DNA from: Coleofasciculus chthonoplastes F2-STO-03
GTDB taxonomy: Bacteria > Cyanobacteriota > Cyanobacteriia > Cyanobacteriales > Coleofasciculaceae
Reading direction: 5' to 3'
DNA length: 40,603 nt
Assembly: GCA_040222015.1 (NCBI GenBank)
Contig: JAVJWO010000027.1
Span: 1 to 40,603 of the forward strand
Each line of letters starts with the position of its first letter. Position 1 is the stretch's first letter. Position numbers and translations under genes: made by a program. Below, piece by piece: positions 28,500 through 36,864 of the stretch. The notes below the pieces were generated by a model that saw only the letters and a program-made list of their open reading frames with translations, did not search any database and was not told where the DNA came from.

Positions 28500-30080
28500 G
28501 TGGCAAGGGCAAAGATTCTAATTGTCGAAGATGAAATTATTACCGCTCAAGCCATTGCTGGTCAACTCAAACGACTGGGTTACGACGTGGTAGATATCGC
28601 CAATTCAGGTACAGCCGCCCTCGCTAAAGTCGCGCAAACTTGTCCAGATCTGGTGTTGATGGATATTGTTCTCAAACACCGAGACATGGATGGAATTGAA
28701 GCCGCCGAGCAGATTCGCAACCAATTTAAAATACCCGTCATCTACCTGACGGCACACTCCGAGGCGGCTACCTTGGCGCGTGCGAAAGTGACAGAGCCAT
28801 TTGGCTATATTGTCAAGCCCTTTAATCAACGCGATTTAGGGATTACCATCGAAATTGCCCTTTATAAGCATCAAACCCAACAGCAGTTAATCGAACGCGA
28901 GGAATTTCTCTCCACGATTCTCGACTCAACCCATGATGCGGTAGTCGCAACGGATGCAACAGGCGGCATTACCTATATGAATCCTATCGCCCAAACCTTA
29001 ACGGGTTGGTCATCTACTGAGGCGATGGGTAAACCCGTTACTGAAGTGGTGCAAATTTTCGATGAAGCCACGAATACAGTTGTGGAAAACTCGGTGATAC
29101 TGCTGCTGCGGGGTGAACCTGTGCCGAATCAAGGACATAATCGCCTGTTGATTGCTAGGGATGAAACCAAAACACCCATCGTCGATCACGTTTCCTTAAT
29201 GCGCCCTAATGATGATGACATCAAGGGTGCTGTTTTAGTCGTTTGCGATATCAGCGAACGTCGTCAAGCCCAAGCCTTAGAACTAGAACGGGTTAAACTA
29301 GCCACAGAAGTTGCAGAACGCCAAAAAGCCGAGGCAGAAATTCGTAAAGCTTTAATCGCTGAACAGGAATTGAGCGAACTGAAATCTCGGATTGTGGCGA
29401 TGATTTCCCACGAATACCGCACGCCCTTGGCGGTAATTTTAACCTCAACGGAACTCCTGAAACGCTACAGTACCCAGTTATCACAAGAGAAACAACAAAC
29501 CTATTTAGACCGGATTCAAATGGGCGTCAAGCAGATGGCTCAGCTTGTGGAAGAGGTTCTCACGTTTAATAAAGCCCAAGCGGGTGAACTTCAGTTGAAT
29601 CCCGAACCGTTGAATATGGAAGACTTTTGTCTGCAATTAGTAGATGAACAGCGATTGATGGTTGGCGATCGCTATACGTTGACCTATGATGCTCAACTCT
29701 CGTCTAGAGAAGCGGAGTTGGATAAGCAGATGCTGCGACATATTGTCACCAATCTCCTCAGCAATGCGATTAAGTATTCTGCCAAAGGCACGACGGTTTC
29801 CTTGTCCCTACGCCGCGAGGATGACACCCTGATCCTCCAAGTTCAAGATCAAGGGATTGGTATTCCCGAATCAGAGCAACCTCGATTATTTTCCCCCTTT
29901 TTCCGCGCCAGCAATGTCAGCACAATTGCCGGGACGGGGATGGGATTGTCTATTGTTAAAAATTGTATAGATTTGCATCAGGGGGAGATTGCGATCGCGA
30001 GTGAGGTAGGCAAAGGGACAACAGTGACGGTGACGTTACCTATCAACGCCAAGCCATCGTCCGGAGATGCGACCCATTAA
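28500..30080 (+). CDS. Hybrid sensor kinase (REC-PAS-HisKA-HATPase)
   Basis: KILIVEDE, DLVLMDI, FGYIVKPF, PAS, SHEYRTPL, NLLSNAIKYS and GTGMGL. Start set to GTG 28500. Confidence 0.93.
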   Translation: MARAKILIVEDEIITAQAIAGQLKRLGYDVVDIANSGTAALAKVAQTCPDLVLMDIVLKHRDMDGIEAAEQIRNQFKIPVIYLTAHSEAATLARAKVTEPFGYIVKPFNQRDLGITIEIALYKHQTQQQLIEREEFLSTILDSTHDAVVATDATGGITYMNPIAQTLTGWSSTEAMGKPVTEVVQIFDEATNTVVENSVILLLRGEPVPNQGHNRLLIARDETKTPIVDHVSLMRPNDDDIKGAVLVVCDISERRQAQALELERVKLATEVAERQKAEAEIRKALIAEQELSELKSRIVAMISHEYRTPLAVILTSTELLKRYSTQLSQEKQQTYLDRIQMGVKQMAQLVEEVLTFNKAQAGELQLNPEPLNMEDFCLQLVDEQRLMVGDRYTLTYDAQLSSREAELDKQMLRHIVTNLLSNAIKYSAKGTTVSLSLRREDDTLILQVQDQGIGIPESEQPRLFSPFFRASNVSTIAGTGMGLSIVKNCIDLHQGEIAIASEVGKGTTVTVTLPINAKPSSGDATH

Positions 30081-30205
30081 GACGTATCAATTGATGAAGT
30101 TTTATCCTATCTAAAAAATAATCTATAATTTCGCCTCAATGGGTGATAAAGCCCCGTACAATATAGTTTGATAGAATCTTTTGAGGTGGAGGTAACAGAG
30201 CAATC

Positions 30206-30517
30206 ATGCCCGCAGCCGTTGGGACGATTGAAACGTTAGGGTTTCCTGGGGTACTTGCCGCAGCAGACGCCATGGTAAAAGCTGGCGCGGTTACCCTGGT
30301 GAAGTTTGATCGCAATGAAAGTGGTCGCTTTATGGTCAGCGTTCGGGGCAAAATATCCGAAGTTAGGGTGGCTGTAGATGCGGGTTTAGAAGCGGTGGAG
30401 AAAACTTATGGCGCTGAGATAACTGGTTACTACATCATTCCTAATCCCCACGAAAATGTTGACACCGTTCTACCGATTGAATATACCAGTCAAGTTGAAC
30501 AGTTTCGCTCATTTTAA
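30206..30517 (+). CDS. ccmK3: Carboxysome shell protein CcmK3
   Basis: BMC-H domain (ETLGFPGVLAAADAMVK, YIIPNPHEN). It is the first gene of the satellite K3/K4 pair. Confidence 0.85.
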   Translation: MPAAVGTIETLGFPGVLAAADAMVKAGAVTLVKFDRNESGRFMVSVRGKISEVRVAVDAGLEAVEKTYGAEITGYYIIPNPHENVDTVLPIEYTSQVEQFRSF

Positions 30518-30662
30518 CTGAGTAAGGGAAGGGTAAATATTTCAGTGACTCTAGGTCTAGTTCGCGATTAAAAGGCTAAAGACAAAGAGTATGTTTCTGA
30601 AAAAATACCCATAATTCGTAGAATAAATTTTTGAGTTCATTAATTGATTGAGGAGATTGGCA

Positions 30663-31022
30663 ATGTCAATAGTAGCAGTTGGGTCAATTGAAACCAAGGG
30701 CTTTCCCGGTATATTAGCCGCCGCAGATGCTATGGTTAAAGCGGGTCGAGTGACCATAGTCGGCTATATCCGCGTTGGTAGCGCTCGTTTTAATCTGAAT
30801 ATTCGTGGCGATGTTTCCGAGGTAAAAACCGCCATGGATGCTGGAATTGCAGCCGTTGAGAAAACCTATGGTGCAACCTTAGAATCGTGGGTGATTATTC
30901 CCCGCCCTCATGAAAATGTGGAGTGTGTTCTGCCAATTGCGTACACAGAAGAGGTTGAGCAGTACAGAGAAGCGGTTGAGAATCCATTAGTCCAAGGTAG
31001 AGGAAACAGGTTGCAACGTTAG
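30663..31022 (+). CDS. ccmK4: Carboxysome shell protein CcmK4
   Basis: GFPGILAAADAMVKAGRVTIVGYIRVGSARF and WVIIPRPHENV, typical of CcmK4. Start ATG 30663. Confidence 0.9.
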   Translation: MSIVAVGSIETKGFPGILAAADAMVKAGRVTIVGYIRVGSARFNLNIRGDVSEVKTAMDAGIAAVEKTYGATLESWVIIPRPHENVECVLPIAYTEEVEQYREAVENPLVQGRGNRLQR

Positions 31023-31217
31023 CAAAATAAGGGAAAGTTTTGTGTAGGGGTGGGCGTGAGCCATTGAATTTTGGTATTTACTGATAACCTTTGCACAAAA
31101 CCCGCCCTTGATCAAAAAAGACAAATGACCTGAAATCACCAAGCGATCGCCTCTTCCGCGTACCTTCCCCACAGCCCATGAAGCCAAGCGATCGCGCCAG
31201 CGAATCACACCCAGGAT

Positions 31218-31472
31218 TCAATCCACCATAATCGGTCGCCTCAACAGACTCATCATTTCTCCCGAAGCACCATAAGGAATCGGTGGACTCCACTCCCTCA
31301 CATCGGCAAACCGTAAGCGATGCAGGGTTTTGATAATGCTGTTGATCCCTTTACGGGAACCGATAACCATCACCTTAATAAATTCTTTCCCGGAAACGGG
31401 ATCGCTAGAAGCCTGAATAGAAACCTCAGCAGAGGGCAATTGATTGTCATTCGGCACAAAGTACGCTTGCAT
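31218..31472 (-). CDS. Small hypothetical protein (84 aa), divergent from the XRE regulator
   Basis: Motif V.VIGS..G....I..LH...FA...EWS...P...GE.MS.L.R. ATG start. Confidence 0.7.
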   Translation of the reverse strand: MQAYFVPNDNQLPSAEVSIQASSDPVSGKEFIKVMVIGSRKGINSIIKTLHRLRFADVREWSPPIPYGASGEMMSLLRRPIMVD

Positions 31473-31494
31473 TTGAGTTCACCTGGTTTAATTA

Positions 31495-31553
31495 AATGTG
31501 GTCTACTAAGACTACATTGAGTCTAGCAAAATGTGGTCGCATAAGACAACATT
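31495..31553. promoter_or_regulatory. Twin 24-bp palindromic operator-like sites
   Basis: AATGTGGTCTACTAAGACTACATT (31495-31518) and AATGTGGTCGCATAAGACAACATT (31530-31553). Confidence 0.7.
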
Positions 31554-31587
31554 TACTTGCTCACCATCCTCTGACACGATTAGAGGC

Positions 31588-31833
31588 ATGGGAAAAGCGG
31601 GACAAGCTCTCAGGCAAACATTAGACACATACGGCATCAGTCAAAACAAGCTAGCCGTAACCTTGGGAGTTGATCGTTCGATGATTTTCAAGTGGTATCA
31701 CGAGAAAAGAGATCCCACTGCTGAAACCGTGGTGCAGATTGCTGAAGCACTTCATAGCCTCAATCCTGATGCAGCAGCAGAATTTATCCGATTGTACGTG
31801 GGTGATTTCTTAAAGAGTGATCAGGAAGGTTGA
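31588..31833 (+). CDS. XRE-family helix-turn-helix regulator
   Basis: MGKAGQALRQTL..YGISQNKLAVTLGVDRS...KW....RDP. Start ATG 31588 follows GAGG. Confidence 0.88.
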   Translation: MGKAGQALRQTLDTYGISQNKLAVTLGVDRSMIFKWYHEKRDPTAETVVQIAEALHSLNPDAAAEFIRLYVGDFLKSDQEG

Positions 31834-31851
31834 AGGGAAGTTATGTCCAGA

Positions 31852-31883
31852 TTGTTCCAGACGTTGCATGCAACGTCTCTACA
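31852..31883 (-). repeat. GTAG REP hairpin variant
   Basis: The rc reads TGTAGAGACGTTGCATGCAACGTCTGGAACAA. Confidence 0.8.
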
Positions 31884-31918
31884 ATGTTTTGGCTTTGGAG
31901 CTACGATAGAAACGTTAG

Positions 31919-32239
31919 ATGTTGTTACGAAGCGGACTATTATGCTTAGTTGTAATAAAAAAATTGTGGGAAGCAGAACGTAAAATAGCCGTTGAAATAA
32001 AAAGTTTTCTTAATACTTCGGTGATTACAGATTTTCATGCCGCATTAGGTCAATTCTTAAACTATCGCTTGGCATTACAAATGACCGAATCAGAGAGAAT
32101 ACTTTATCTTGCCGTTCCTCTTGATACATTTGGAACATTTTTCCAAGAAACTTTTATTAAAGAAGCAGTTAAGCTTTATCAAGTAAAATTAATTGTTTAC
32201 GATCCTGTTGAAGAGGTAATCAGTGAATGGAAAAATTAG
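31919..32239 (+). pseudogene. xisH: XisH-family protein, 5'-truncated
   Basis: KIAVEIKSF...FHAALGQFLNYR...LYLAVP...LIVYDP..E.I..W is present. The usual N-terminal ~50 aa (AKD.FH..V..AL.KDGW) is absent. Confidence 0.8.
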
Positions 32240-32679
32240 AAAAATATCGCTCATTAGTCCGCCAGCTATTAAATACTCATACCGCTGAAGATGTAAAGCC
32301 GTCAGATTCAGAAATAGAGTGTCAACTCATTTTTGATACAGAACATGACCACTATCAGCTTCTAGATATCGGTTGGGATGGACTCAAAAGAGTCTACAAC
32401 TGTTTCATTCATATAGATATTAAAAATGGCAAAATTTGGATTCAGCGAAATATGACTGAAGCTGATTTGGCACAAGATTTGGTAGAAATGGGGATACCCA
32501 AAGAGGATATTATTCTCGGTTTACATCCCAGTTATAAACGTCCTTACATGAGCAAGGGTGAAAATTCTGATTTGTCCATCTACAAGGCGGACAATCACGT
32601 CATCTCCCACCTCCAATCCCAATTGATTGAAATACTCGGCTGGAATCGCAACTCTGCCACCTTCAGCAATTTTTTTTGA
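32227..32679 (+). CDS. xisI: XisI-family protein with an aberrant C-terminal extension
   Basis: [14 protein letters not shown]...KR...[14 protein letters not shown]...[13 protein letters not shown]...RPY, followed by an unrelated tail. Confidence 0.85.
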   Translation: MEKLEKYRSLVRQLLNTHTAEDVKPSDSEIECQLIFDTEHDHYQLLDIGWDGLKRVYNCFIHIDIKNGKIWIQRNMTEADLAQDLVEMGIPKEDIILGLHPSYKRPYMSKGENSDLSIYKADNHVISHLQSQLIEILGWNRNSATFSNFF

Positions 32680-32689
32680 CTTGTAGCAT
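32548..32689 (-). pseudogene. AbrB/MazE/SpoVT-family antitoxin remnant (frameshifted, 3'-truncated)
   Basis: With a 1-nt correction in an A8 run, the rc translates as [47 protein letters not shown]. Confidence 0.75.
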
Positions 32690-32782
32690 CTAGTGTTTTT
32701 AGCGTGAGGTTACATATAATTTTACTCTGATCGCATGGCTCTTTACGTTACCTGGGAAACCTAATGCTTGCCATTGTTTGTA

Positions 32783-33362
32783 TTATCCGTTTGGAGTCTT
32801 GAATGTTGATGTCCCGCCAACCTCGAACCATTCAACCTGGATACTGTTACCATGACCATTGTTCAGGTATCTCTCCGGTAACATTTGACGGTAATAACTG
32901 CTGACTTTGTTGAATCGCTTGTTCAGCTTGATACCAATATTCTTTTGCTTTTTCATTTCAGCACTGTTTTGCATCAGTTTCTCATTTTCTATCGCTTGTT
33001 CTTCTCGTTTCTCGGCTGCTGTCGCTCTTTTGTTCGCTTCGGCTACCTGAGAGTTTGCCTCCTCAACTTTGGAGTTGGCTTCAGCTACCTGAGAGTTTGC
33101 CTTATCAACTTTGGAGTTAGCTTCAATAACCTTATTTCCGGCAAGTAAGTAGGTGGACACAATTAAAGTTAGCGGTGGAGATTAGGGAACAGGGAACAGG
33201 GAACAGGGAACAGGGAACAGTAAGGATTTGAGACTTGTTTACATAACTTAATCTAGTTAAGTTTATTTCCACCAACCTACTTACCCCTGAAATTACTGCG
33301 CCCAACACGGCGACAATTAGCACGACTTGATAGCTGTAGTCTGGATGGGATGCGGTACTCAT
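32783..33362 (-). pseudogene. Membrane-anchored coiled-coil protein disrupted by a MITE
   Basis: Removing 136 bp restores a 147-aa ORF: MSTASHPDYSYQVVLIVAVLGAVISGVLAGNKVIEANSKVDKANSQVAEANSK... Confidence 0.75.
33146..33283. mobile_element. IS630-like MITE (TAAGTAGGT...ACCTACTTA) with (GGGAACA)5 cargo
   Basis: About 28-bp imperfect TIRs with perfect 9-bp tips and TA at both ends. Removal restores the reading frame. Confidence 0.85.
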
Positions 33363-33611
33363 CCTCAAATCCCCCGAAACGGTGTATATCTGGTAATTCC
33401 GTAGGGTGTCGTTAGCGTAGCGTAACGCACCACCTTTATTTTCTCCCAGAATTGGTGCATTCTGGTGGCTCTTCCATACCTGTTATGCTAAATTGCCTCA
33501 GACAACACCCAAAATCTTACTACGCAAGGTTTTGGTGTTAGTTCGAGTTAACTTAGGGTACTAAGGCATAAAATTCTGGTATAGCTGGCTTTGGAGTCAT
33601 TTTGCAAACAG

Positions 33612-33708
33612 TTACAGCGTATTGCAAGTTCGTGAGGTACAGTATTGTTCCCCTGATCAATGAGTATCAATGTTTAGGTGTACTTCATTTACCTGCAATC
33701 TGCTGTAA
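33612..33708. mobile_element. IS630-like MITE with 30-bp imperfect TIRs
   Basis: TTACAGCGTATTGCAAGTTCGTGAGGTACA versus rc TTACAGCAGATTGCAGGTAAATGAAGTACA. Confidence 0.78.
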
Positions 33709-33754
33709 GTGTACCTGTAGCGTAAAGAACCACCTTTGATTCTTTCCCCAAATT

Positions 33755-33822
33755 GGTGCGTTACGGCGCTAACTCATTTAATCCTCACAATTTACACTGA
33801 ATAAGCGCTTAACGCACCCTAC
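33755..33822 (-). repeat. REPIN-like hairpin GTAGGGTGCGTTA...TAACGCACC
   Basis: GGTGCGTTA...TAACGCACCCTAC. A related short copy lies at 33401-33431. Confidence 0.7.
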
Positions 33823-33901
33823 GTTGATGATGAAACGCTTGAGTTCCCTTTCTCCCTTGATGGGAGAAGGGGTTAGGGGATGAGGGTGAAGTACGAACGA
33901 T

Positions 33902-34998
33902 TTAATCCCCCAAGCGATCGCGGAAATAATTCCGATACAAATCGCACCTCGGAATCGCTTCATTTCCCTGTAACTGCACTAACCCCATACTGTCTAATTT
34001 AAACGCTAACTCGGCATCTAATTCCACTGACTTATTTTTAACCACCACCTGACGAAACGCTTCCTTTAACTTAGGATATTCCTTCAAATTCCACCAATGT
34101 CGCCGCAAATGATCGCTATAAATTCCCGCCTCTGTCGCCGCTGTTTCTGCTAACTCCCCTAACGTCACATCCTGACGCCGCAAATGATACAATGCTTTTT
34201 GGACTAAATAGGGATGTCCCCCGACTAACTGCGTTAATTCCTCAACCTGACTTATTGTCCAATTCAGTCCATAACGTCCGGCTAAATCTAACACCTGCTC
34301 GGTACTAAACTCCGGCAACTCCACATTCTTGCCCACGTTAAATGGCGATTGATTAATATCCAACGGCACATACACCTCCGTTGAATGTACCACGACTAAC
34401 CGCAATTTTTCCCACAATTCGCTACTAAAATCCCCATAACGCGCCACTTCATACCAAGACCGTAACAGGGCAAAAAAGTCATCGGCAATTTCTCGATGAG
34501 GAAACACCCGATCCACTTCATCTAATCCTAAAACCAACGGCTGGTCAATTTCTTCTAATAAACATTCCTCAAAATATGCCGTACATTTATCCTTACCCCC
34601 ATACCCAATCCAATACTCATACAACTGATTTAACCGCTTGAGTCGCCGCCCCACCTGTTCACAAAACTAGCGTAGAAATTGATCTAAATTGCTTAAAAGT
34701 TGACTATCTGCCCGTTGTAAACTCAAGGGAATGGCATGATACCCTTGTTCTTTAGCATGATGCAGAATTCGCGCCATTAACGAGGTTTTGCCCATCTGTC
34801 GGGGGGCTTTAATCCGAATCAAGCTACCGGGTTGTAAAATTTCTTGATAACAATCGGTTTCTATCGGCAAACGCTCTACATATAACCCAGATTTGAGTGA
34901 AACTGCCCCTCCCGGTTCTCGTTGTAATTCCGGTTCTGCTACAGGTAAGGGAGGAAAATCGTTTTACCTGTTCCCAACTCATCAGGCTTGATTACCAT
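33902..34998 (-). pseudogene. AAA_35 (AAA-like) NTPase pseudogene
   Basis: Walker A KAPRQMGKTS, Walker B LGLDEVD, NQSPFNVG and GGHPYL. An in-frame TAG at 34667-34669 (LR*FCEQV). The 5' part is out of frame or missing. Confidence 0.85.
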
Positions 34999-35088
34999 TT
35001 CTATTGATCCATATTCCCACTTACTTTAACCTTAAGGGTTGCTGTTCTGTATTGAGTTCCAAAAGTTGCTAAACGTCTTTTCGGCTCA

Positions 35089-35117
35089 AATGACCAATGA
35101 CAAATGACCAATGACTA
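35089..35117. repeat. STRR2-like heptamer array (AATGACN)4
   Basis: aatgacc aatgaca aatgacc aatgact. Confidence 0.8.
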
Positions 35118-35381
35118 ATAAATTTCCGCCTCAAGCTGACTCAGTGGTACAAAACACTCTTGAGGTAAAAGAATCGGTTTAGCCCGAAAAATCAACTTGC
35201 CACGATAAGTAAAGCGGTCAATCGCCACACCCATCGGACGTTGGGTTAGGTGGGGATGGATTTCATAATAGGTATGGTATATCTGCCGAGCGGCTCTGAG
35301 GAGACCCGGGTCTAACAACATCGGTAGCCCCGTCTGAGTTTCTTGATACTCTCCTTGCCATTGTTGTGATGTATATACCAC
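35115..35381 (-). CDS. Small conserved-type cyanobacterial hypothetical protein (88 aa) downstream of leuB
   Basis: AAR.IY..Y...HP....RP.GVAI.R....GKLIF..KPILLP.ECFVP. GTG start. Confidence 0.75.
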   Translation of the reverse strand: MVYTSQQWQGEYQETQTGLPMLLDPGLLRAARQIYHTYYEIHPHLTQRPMGVAIDRFTYRGKLIFRAKPILLPQECFVPLSQLEAEIY

Positions 35382-35470
35382 CCGCCTAACCCTACTGTTT
35401 AATTCACCAACTTGATTCTTGCCGGACGTTTCGTTGCATTACTTGTAGCTGCGCTCCTGTTTGATTTAAC

Positions 35471-36562
35471 TTATGGCTGTTTGAGGATCTCAATCAAAGC
35501 ATTTCCCATCTCCTGGCAACCGACAAGCGTCATTCCTGCTGACATAATATCCCCTGTACGGTTACCTTTCTCTAAAACTTTAAAAACGGCTTGCTCAATT
35601 TGGTCAGCCGCCGTTGGTTGATTCAATCCATAGCGTAGCATCATCGCCGTACTCAAGACTTGAGCCAAGGGATTTGCCTTATTTTGTCCAGCAATATCCG
35701 GCGCGGAACCGTGAACGGGTTCAAAAACGCCGGGTCCTTTTTCCCCTAAACTGGCAGATGGTAACATACCAATGCTCCCGGTGAGCATCGCGGCGGCGTC
35801 GGAAAGCACATCTCCGAATAAATTGCCTGTGACAATCGTATCAAACTGCTTAGGTGCCCTGACTAACTGCATGGCAGCATTGTCAACATACAGATGAGAT
35901 AACTCCACATCCGGATACTCAGTCGCTAATTGAGTGATGCGATCGCGCCATAATTGAGATACCTCGAGAACATTAGCTTTATCAACCGAACAGAGTTTAC
36001 CCTGGCGTTTGCGAGCGGTTTCAAATGCCACTCGTCCAATTCGGTCAATTTCGGCTTCTGTATACGCCATCGTATTTACACCACGCTTTTCTCCGGTTTC
36101 AGTGGTAAAGATACCCTTCGGCTGACCAAAATAAACCCCACCTGTCAATTCTCGCACCACCATAATATCCACCCCGTCAACCACCTCCCGTTTCAAGGTT
36201 GAGGCATCAATGAGTTGGGGTAATATGGTGGCAGGTCGTAAATTGGCAAATAAACCCAATCCTGCTCGTAATCCCAACAAACCCGTTTCCGGGCGTTGAT
36301 GGCGCGGCAGGTTATCCCATTGATAACCGCCGATGGCAGCCAGTAAAACAGCGTCGCTATGGCGGCATTTTTCCAGGGTGTCAGTCGGTAGGGGTTCCCC
36401 AGTAGCATCAATTGCCACCCCTCCGATTAAGGCTTCAGTAAATTCAAAACTCAGGTCGAACTGTGCGCCAATCACCTTTAACACATCTACCGCGACTGCC
36501 ATAATTTCTGGACCGATGCCATCACCGGGCAAAAGGGTAATGCGGTAGTGCTGCTGTGCCAT
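35471..36562 (-). CDS. leuB: 3-isopropylmalate dehydrogenase
   Basis: [43 protein letters not shown] and [12 protein letters not shown]. Confidence 0.97.
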   Translation of the reverse strand: MAQQHYRITLLPGDGIGPEIMAVAVDVLKVIGAQFDLSFEFTEALIGGVAIDATGEPLPTDTLEKCRHSDAVLLAAIGGYQWDNLPRHQRPETGLLGLRAGLGLFANLRPATILPQLIDASTLKREVVDGVDIMVVRELTGGVYFGQPKGIFTTETGEKRGVNTMAYTEAEIDRIGRVAFETARKRQGKLCSVDKANVLEVSQLWRDRITQLATEYPDVELSHLYVDNAAMQLVRAPKQFDTIVTGNLFGDVLSDAAAMLTGSIGMLPSASLGEKGPGVFEPVHGSAPDIAGQNKANPLAQVLSTAMMLRYGLNQPTAADQIEQAVFKVLEKGNRTGDIMSAGMTLVGCQEMGNALIEILKQP

Positions 36563-36864
36563 AACTTATCGTGTAATCTTGGGGACAATTTCAAAACGTG
36601 GACACCTGAACCATTAGACAGACCAGGCAGTCTCTTATGATAACGGCTAATTGACCCCCCTGACCGGAATCAATGTTTCAATTTTTGAATTTTGTCGGGA
36701 AAATGGGGATTGGGGATTGGGGAAGAGGTGATTGGTGAGGAGGAGAAGAACGAATTGTAGTGATGAGTTTTTGAGTATTCGCTCATCGGGAACCAACTGG
36801 AGGACGCACAAAACTTATCGAGTTAGAACACTATAAGCTTTTACCTACGGAGACTGAGATTACG

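Noticed and set aside
30206..31022. Novel metabolosome locus
   Set aside because: The sequences match the ordinary satellite ccmK3/ccmK4 carboxysome pair, and no signature enzymes are nearby.
31919..32679. fdxN-type excision element
   Set aside because: There is no XisF recombinase or interrupted target gene, and xisH/xisI pairs are commonly free-standing.
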